From the NCBI GenBank assembly GCA_030746935.1, contig JASLLV010000003.1, forward strand, positions 1 to 38,408: a stretch of DNA of 38,408 nt. Direction: 5' to 3'. A program made the position numbers and the translations under genes. Shown here in pieces: positions 35,848-38,408 of the stretch; position 1 is the first letter of the stretch, and every line of letters begins with the position of its first letter. This DNA comes from Rhodospirillales bacterium (GTDB lineage Bacteria; Pseudomonadota; Alphaproteobacteria; Rhodospirillales; JASLLV01). The notes under the pieces were generated by a model. It saw only the letters and a list, made by a program, of their open reading frames with translations, had not been told where the DNA came from and made no database searches.

Positions 35848-37062
35848 ATGCTGCAAGGCAAGATTCTGGTCGCCCAGGGGGGCGGTCCGACCGCCGTGAT
35901 CAACCAGTCGTTGGCGGGATGCGTGATCGAGGCACGCAAGTTCGCCGGCGTCGAGCGGGTCTACGGCGCATCCCATGGGGTGCGCGGAATCGTCGACGAA
36001 GAGTTCCTGGATCTAACGCAGGAGACCACCCACAACCTCGAGCTCGTCGCCGAGACACCATGCTCGGCCTTGGGCTCGACCCGCGAAAAGCCCGACCTCG
36101 ACTACTGCCGCGAGATCTTCCGAGTCCTTCAGGCGCACGAGATATCGACGTTCTTCTATATCGGCGGCAACGATTCGTGCGACACGCTTCGGATCGTGAG
36201 CGAGGAGGCGGCGGCGGCGGACTATGCGCTGCGCTGCGTCCATATCCCCAAGACCATCGACAACGACCTCCTCATCAACGACCACACGCCGGGCTATCCG
36301 TCCGCCGCGCGCTTCGTCGCCTGCGCGTTCGCCGGCGTGAATCTGGACAACGCGGCACTTCCCGGCGTTTACGTGGGCGTGGTCATGGGCCGGCACGCGG
36401 GCTACCTCACCGCCGCCTCGACACTGGGGCGCAAGTACGATGACGACGGCCCGCACCTGATCTATCTGCCCGAACGCCCGTTCACGATCGATGCGTTCCT
36501 CGACGATGTGAAGGCGGTCCACAACCGCCTCGGACGCTGCGTGGTCGCGGCCTCGGAGGGCATCCTCGACCCCTCGGGCGAGCCGATCGCCGCCAAGCTG
36601 GCTGGTGGATCCGAGACCGACGCCCACGGCAACATCCAGCTTTCGGGCACCTCGAGTCTCGCCGATCTCTTGACCGGACTCATCCGCGAGAATTTGCAGA
36701 TCAAGCGCGTGCGCGGCGACACGCTCGGCTATCTCCAGCGCTCGTTCCTGGGATGCGTCTCGGACGTGGACCAGCGCGAGGCCCGCGAGGTCGGCGAGAA
36801 GGCGGTTCAGTTCGCCCACTGGGGAAACAGCGACGGCTCGGTCACCATCCACCGCACCGGCTTTTATTCGGTCGAGTACCGCTTGAGCCCGCTCGAGGCC
36901 GTGGCCCGGAAGACGCGCCCCATGGAGGACGCATTCATTGCGCCCTCGGGCAACGACGTGACCCGCGACTTCCTGCTTTATTTGCGGCCGCTCTTGGGCT
37001 CCGGCATGCCCGACGCCTTCCGGCTCAGGCCCAACCGGGTGGAGAAGATCCTGGGAAAGTAG
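35848..37062 (+). CDS. pfp: Phosphofructokinase, PfkA superfamily, PPi-dependent signature
   Basis: 'QGGGPTAVIN', 'IGGNDS' (Asp at the phosphoryl-donor-determining position), 'PKTIDND', 'MGRHAG', 'GYLQRS'. Confidence 0.88.
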   Translation: MLQGKILVAQGGGPTAVINQSLAGCVIEARKFAGVERVYGASHGVRGIVDEEFLDLTQETTHNLELVAETPCSALGSTREKPDLDYCREIFRVLQAHEISTFFYIGGNDSCDTLRIVSEEAAAADYALRCVHIPKTIDNDLLINDHTPGYPSAARFVACAFAGVNLDNAALPGVYVGVVMGRHAGYLTAASTLGRKYDDDGPHLIYLPERPFTIDAFLDDVKAVHNRLGRCVVAASEGILDPSGEPIAAKLAGGSETDAHGNIQLSGTSSLADLLTGLIRENLQIKRVRGDTLGYLQRSFLGCVSDVDQREAREVGEKAVQFAHWGNSDGSVTIHRTGFYSVEYRLSPLEAVARKTRPMEDAFIAPSGNDVTRDFLLYLRPLLGSGMPDAFRLRPNRVEKILGK

Positions 37063-37143
37063 CGGCAACCCCGATAGGGTCGCGGCCACCGGATTCGCCC
37101 GAGCCGCCCTCTGCCGCCCTCTGTGGACGCGTTCCGCGTAGAG

Positions 37144-37165
37144 CCCCAGCCGCCTAAGGCCGGGG
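37144..37165. terminator. GC hairpin between convergent PFK and FGE-fold genes
   Basis: CCCCAGCC-gcctaa-GGCCGGGG, an 8-bp stem with one wobble on the minus strand. No U-tract. Confidence 0.35.
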
Positions 37166-37224
37166 TGCGAACGCCTATCTTGTCTTCATCGTCGGCGACT
37201 GGTGGGCCATCTGTGGAATCTCGG

Positions 37225-38169
37225 CTAATCCAGCGTCCTGGCGAGCCGAAAACCGGCATTGATGTACCGGTTGACGGTGAAGGACCTGTTTCGGTACACG
37301 GACCGGGCGTACCACACACCTATGAAGTTCCACGAACCACCCCGCAGGACGCGGTTGGCGCAGTCGCCGCCGCTTGTCCACGGGCTCCCGTCGGAGGGCG
37401 CGCCCTCATAACTGCGGTGCCAGCAGTCCTCCACCCACTCCCAGACGTTGCCAAGCATGTCGTGGAGCCCAAAACCGTTGACCGGGAACGAGCCGACCGG
37501 CGCTGTCTGTTGGCCATCCCACGGGCTTCCGCAGCCGCGGCAGTTGGCGAGGTTTCGACCAACCCCGTCGCCCCACAAAAAACGCGTCGTCGTCCCCGCC
37601 CGCGCCGCGTACTCCCACTCGGCTTCCGAGAGCAACCGGTACGTCTTCCCCGTATACTGAGACAGCCACGCCGCGTACGACTTGGCATCGTCCCAGCTGA
37701 TGTAGATAGCGGGGCGGTCGCCGCGGCCCCAACCTTTGTCGTCCGGCCGGTAACCACCGCACCCACCATCGGCGACACAGGCGTCCCACTCGGCGAACGT
37801 CACCTCATGGCGGCCAACCGCGAAGGGCCGCGCGATCGTGACCGGGTGCTGGGGACCTTCGTCGCCGTCTCGTGGCACCTCGCTCGCCGGCGAGCCCAGG
37901 GTGAACGCGCCCGCCGGCACCACCACCATCTCGGGGCACAAAGGGCAGTCGCGGAACACGTCCTCGGGCGTCCAGTAACTGTCAACGATCGGCTCGACTG
38001 GACGCAGAGCAGGGTCGGCCTTTCTTCGCTCAAGATATCTGCCGAAAGTGCCCGAGGGATCAGGAAAACCCAGGGTTTCGCACGCCCATAGAGTCGCCAC
38101 TCCCGCAATGGCTAGGAGGGGACCAAACCGTTTCAGAGAAAGAAGTTTCGTACCGCTACGCTTGATCAA
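37225..38169 (-). CDS. FGE-sulfatase/SUMF1-fold putative lipoprotein
   Basis: Lipobox-like 'LWAC', 'FRDCPLCPEMVVVP', 'RLLSEAEWEYAARAG', 'ANCRGCG', 'NGFGLHDMLGNVWEW', 'RGGSW', 'GFRLAR'. Exact start uncertain. Confidence 0.9.
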   Translation of the reverse strand: MIKRSGTKLLSLKRFGPLLAIAGVATLWACETLGFPDPSGTFGRYLERRKADPALRPVEPIVDSYWTPEDVFRDCPLCPEMVVVPAGAFTLGSPASEVPRDGDEGPQHPVTIARPFAVGRHEVTFAEWDACVADGGCGGYRPDDKGWGRGDRPAIYISWDDAKSYAAWLSQYTGKTYRLLSEAEWEYAARAGTTTRFLWGDGVGRNLANCRGCGSPWDGQQTAPVGSFPVNGFGLHDMLGNVWEWVEDCWHRSYEGAPSDGSPWTSGGDCANRVLRGGSWNFIGVWYARSVYRNRSFTVNRYINAGFRLARTLD

Positions 38170-38408
38170 AGACGATCACCCCGCAGCAAGGATCTTTGCC
38201 GTGATCGGCAATCTTTCTGCCACATCGGCTTTGTGAGTCGAGTGACCGGTCCGGCGAAGAATGTAAAGAGCGAGCGAGCGGCATTGGGCCTCGCCGAGGT
38301 GCAGCGGCGCGAGTTGTCCACAGTCGCATTTTGAAGACTGGTGGGGAAATTCGAAAGGGCTTGGGTCGCCATGGCCGCATCAGAACGATGACCGCTTTCG
38401 TACGATTA

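Noticed and set aside
489-38108. Many long alternative-frame or antisense ORFs in the track (e.g. 706-1941, 10977-12308, 14448-15773, 24123-25550, 36013-37089)
   Set aside because: They overlap well-supported genes, are Arg/Pro/Gly-rich and lack family motifs, which is typical shadow-ORF behaviour in high-GC DNA.
33796-38169. Complete DGR, or formylglycine-generating enzyme activity
   Set aside because: No reverse transcriptase, avd or AAC-rich template repeat in the window. Both proteins lack the FGE catalytic Cys motif and no sulfatase is adjacent.
38361-38372. GGGTCGCCAT as an att-site duplicate of the tRNA-Glu 3' end
   Set aside because: Only about 10 nt match, in inverted orientation and on the wrong side of the tRNA, so it is compatible with chance.

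Overview
GC-rich bacterial chromosomal window, most likely alphaproteobacterial (inferred from the gene families, the Zn-ribbon DinB, the cysG-DUF2849-cysI-DUF934 layout and the intergenic palindromic repeats). It holds about 33 CDS and one tRNA-Glu(TTC). In order: peptide ABC transporter parts, an MFS transporter, an orphan divergent flagellin-like gene, a BKACE-DUF35-thiolase-like operon with a divergent amidase, a disrupted HExxH gene, an HtrA-like/MlaC/Sel1/MlaA/DinB/DUF427 run, an aldo-keto reductase, a nitroreductase, an Lrp regulator divergent from a sulfite-reduction cluster, acetamidase, hydantoinase A/B, SDR, typA divergent from an ABC-F, two FGE/SUMF1-fold genes, a small basic protein, tRNA-Glu and a PPi-type PFK. 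I saw no CRISPR array, integrase, transposase or reverse transcriptase. The best leads are the orphan flagellin-like protein, the BKACE plus DUF35/aldolase-type thiolase operon, two apparent pseudo-enzymes (HtrA-like and AKR), an FGE-fold lipoprotein whose C-terminus resembles a DGR variable region, a single in-frame TGA in a secreted HExxH protein, and short repeat motifs bracketing cassette-like genes. All product calls come from motif recognition by eye; no searches were run.
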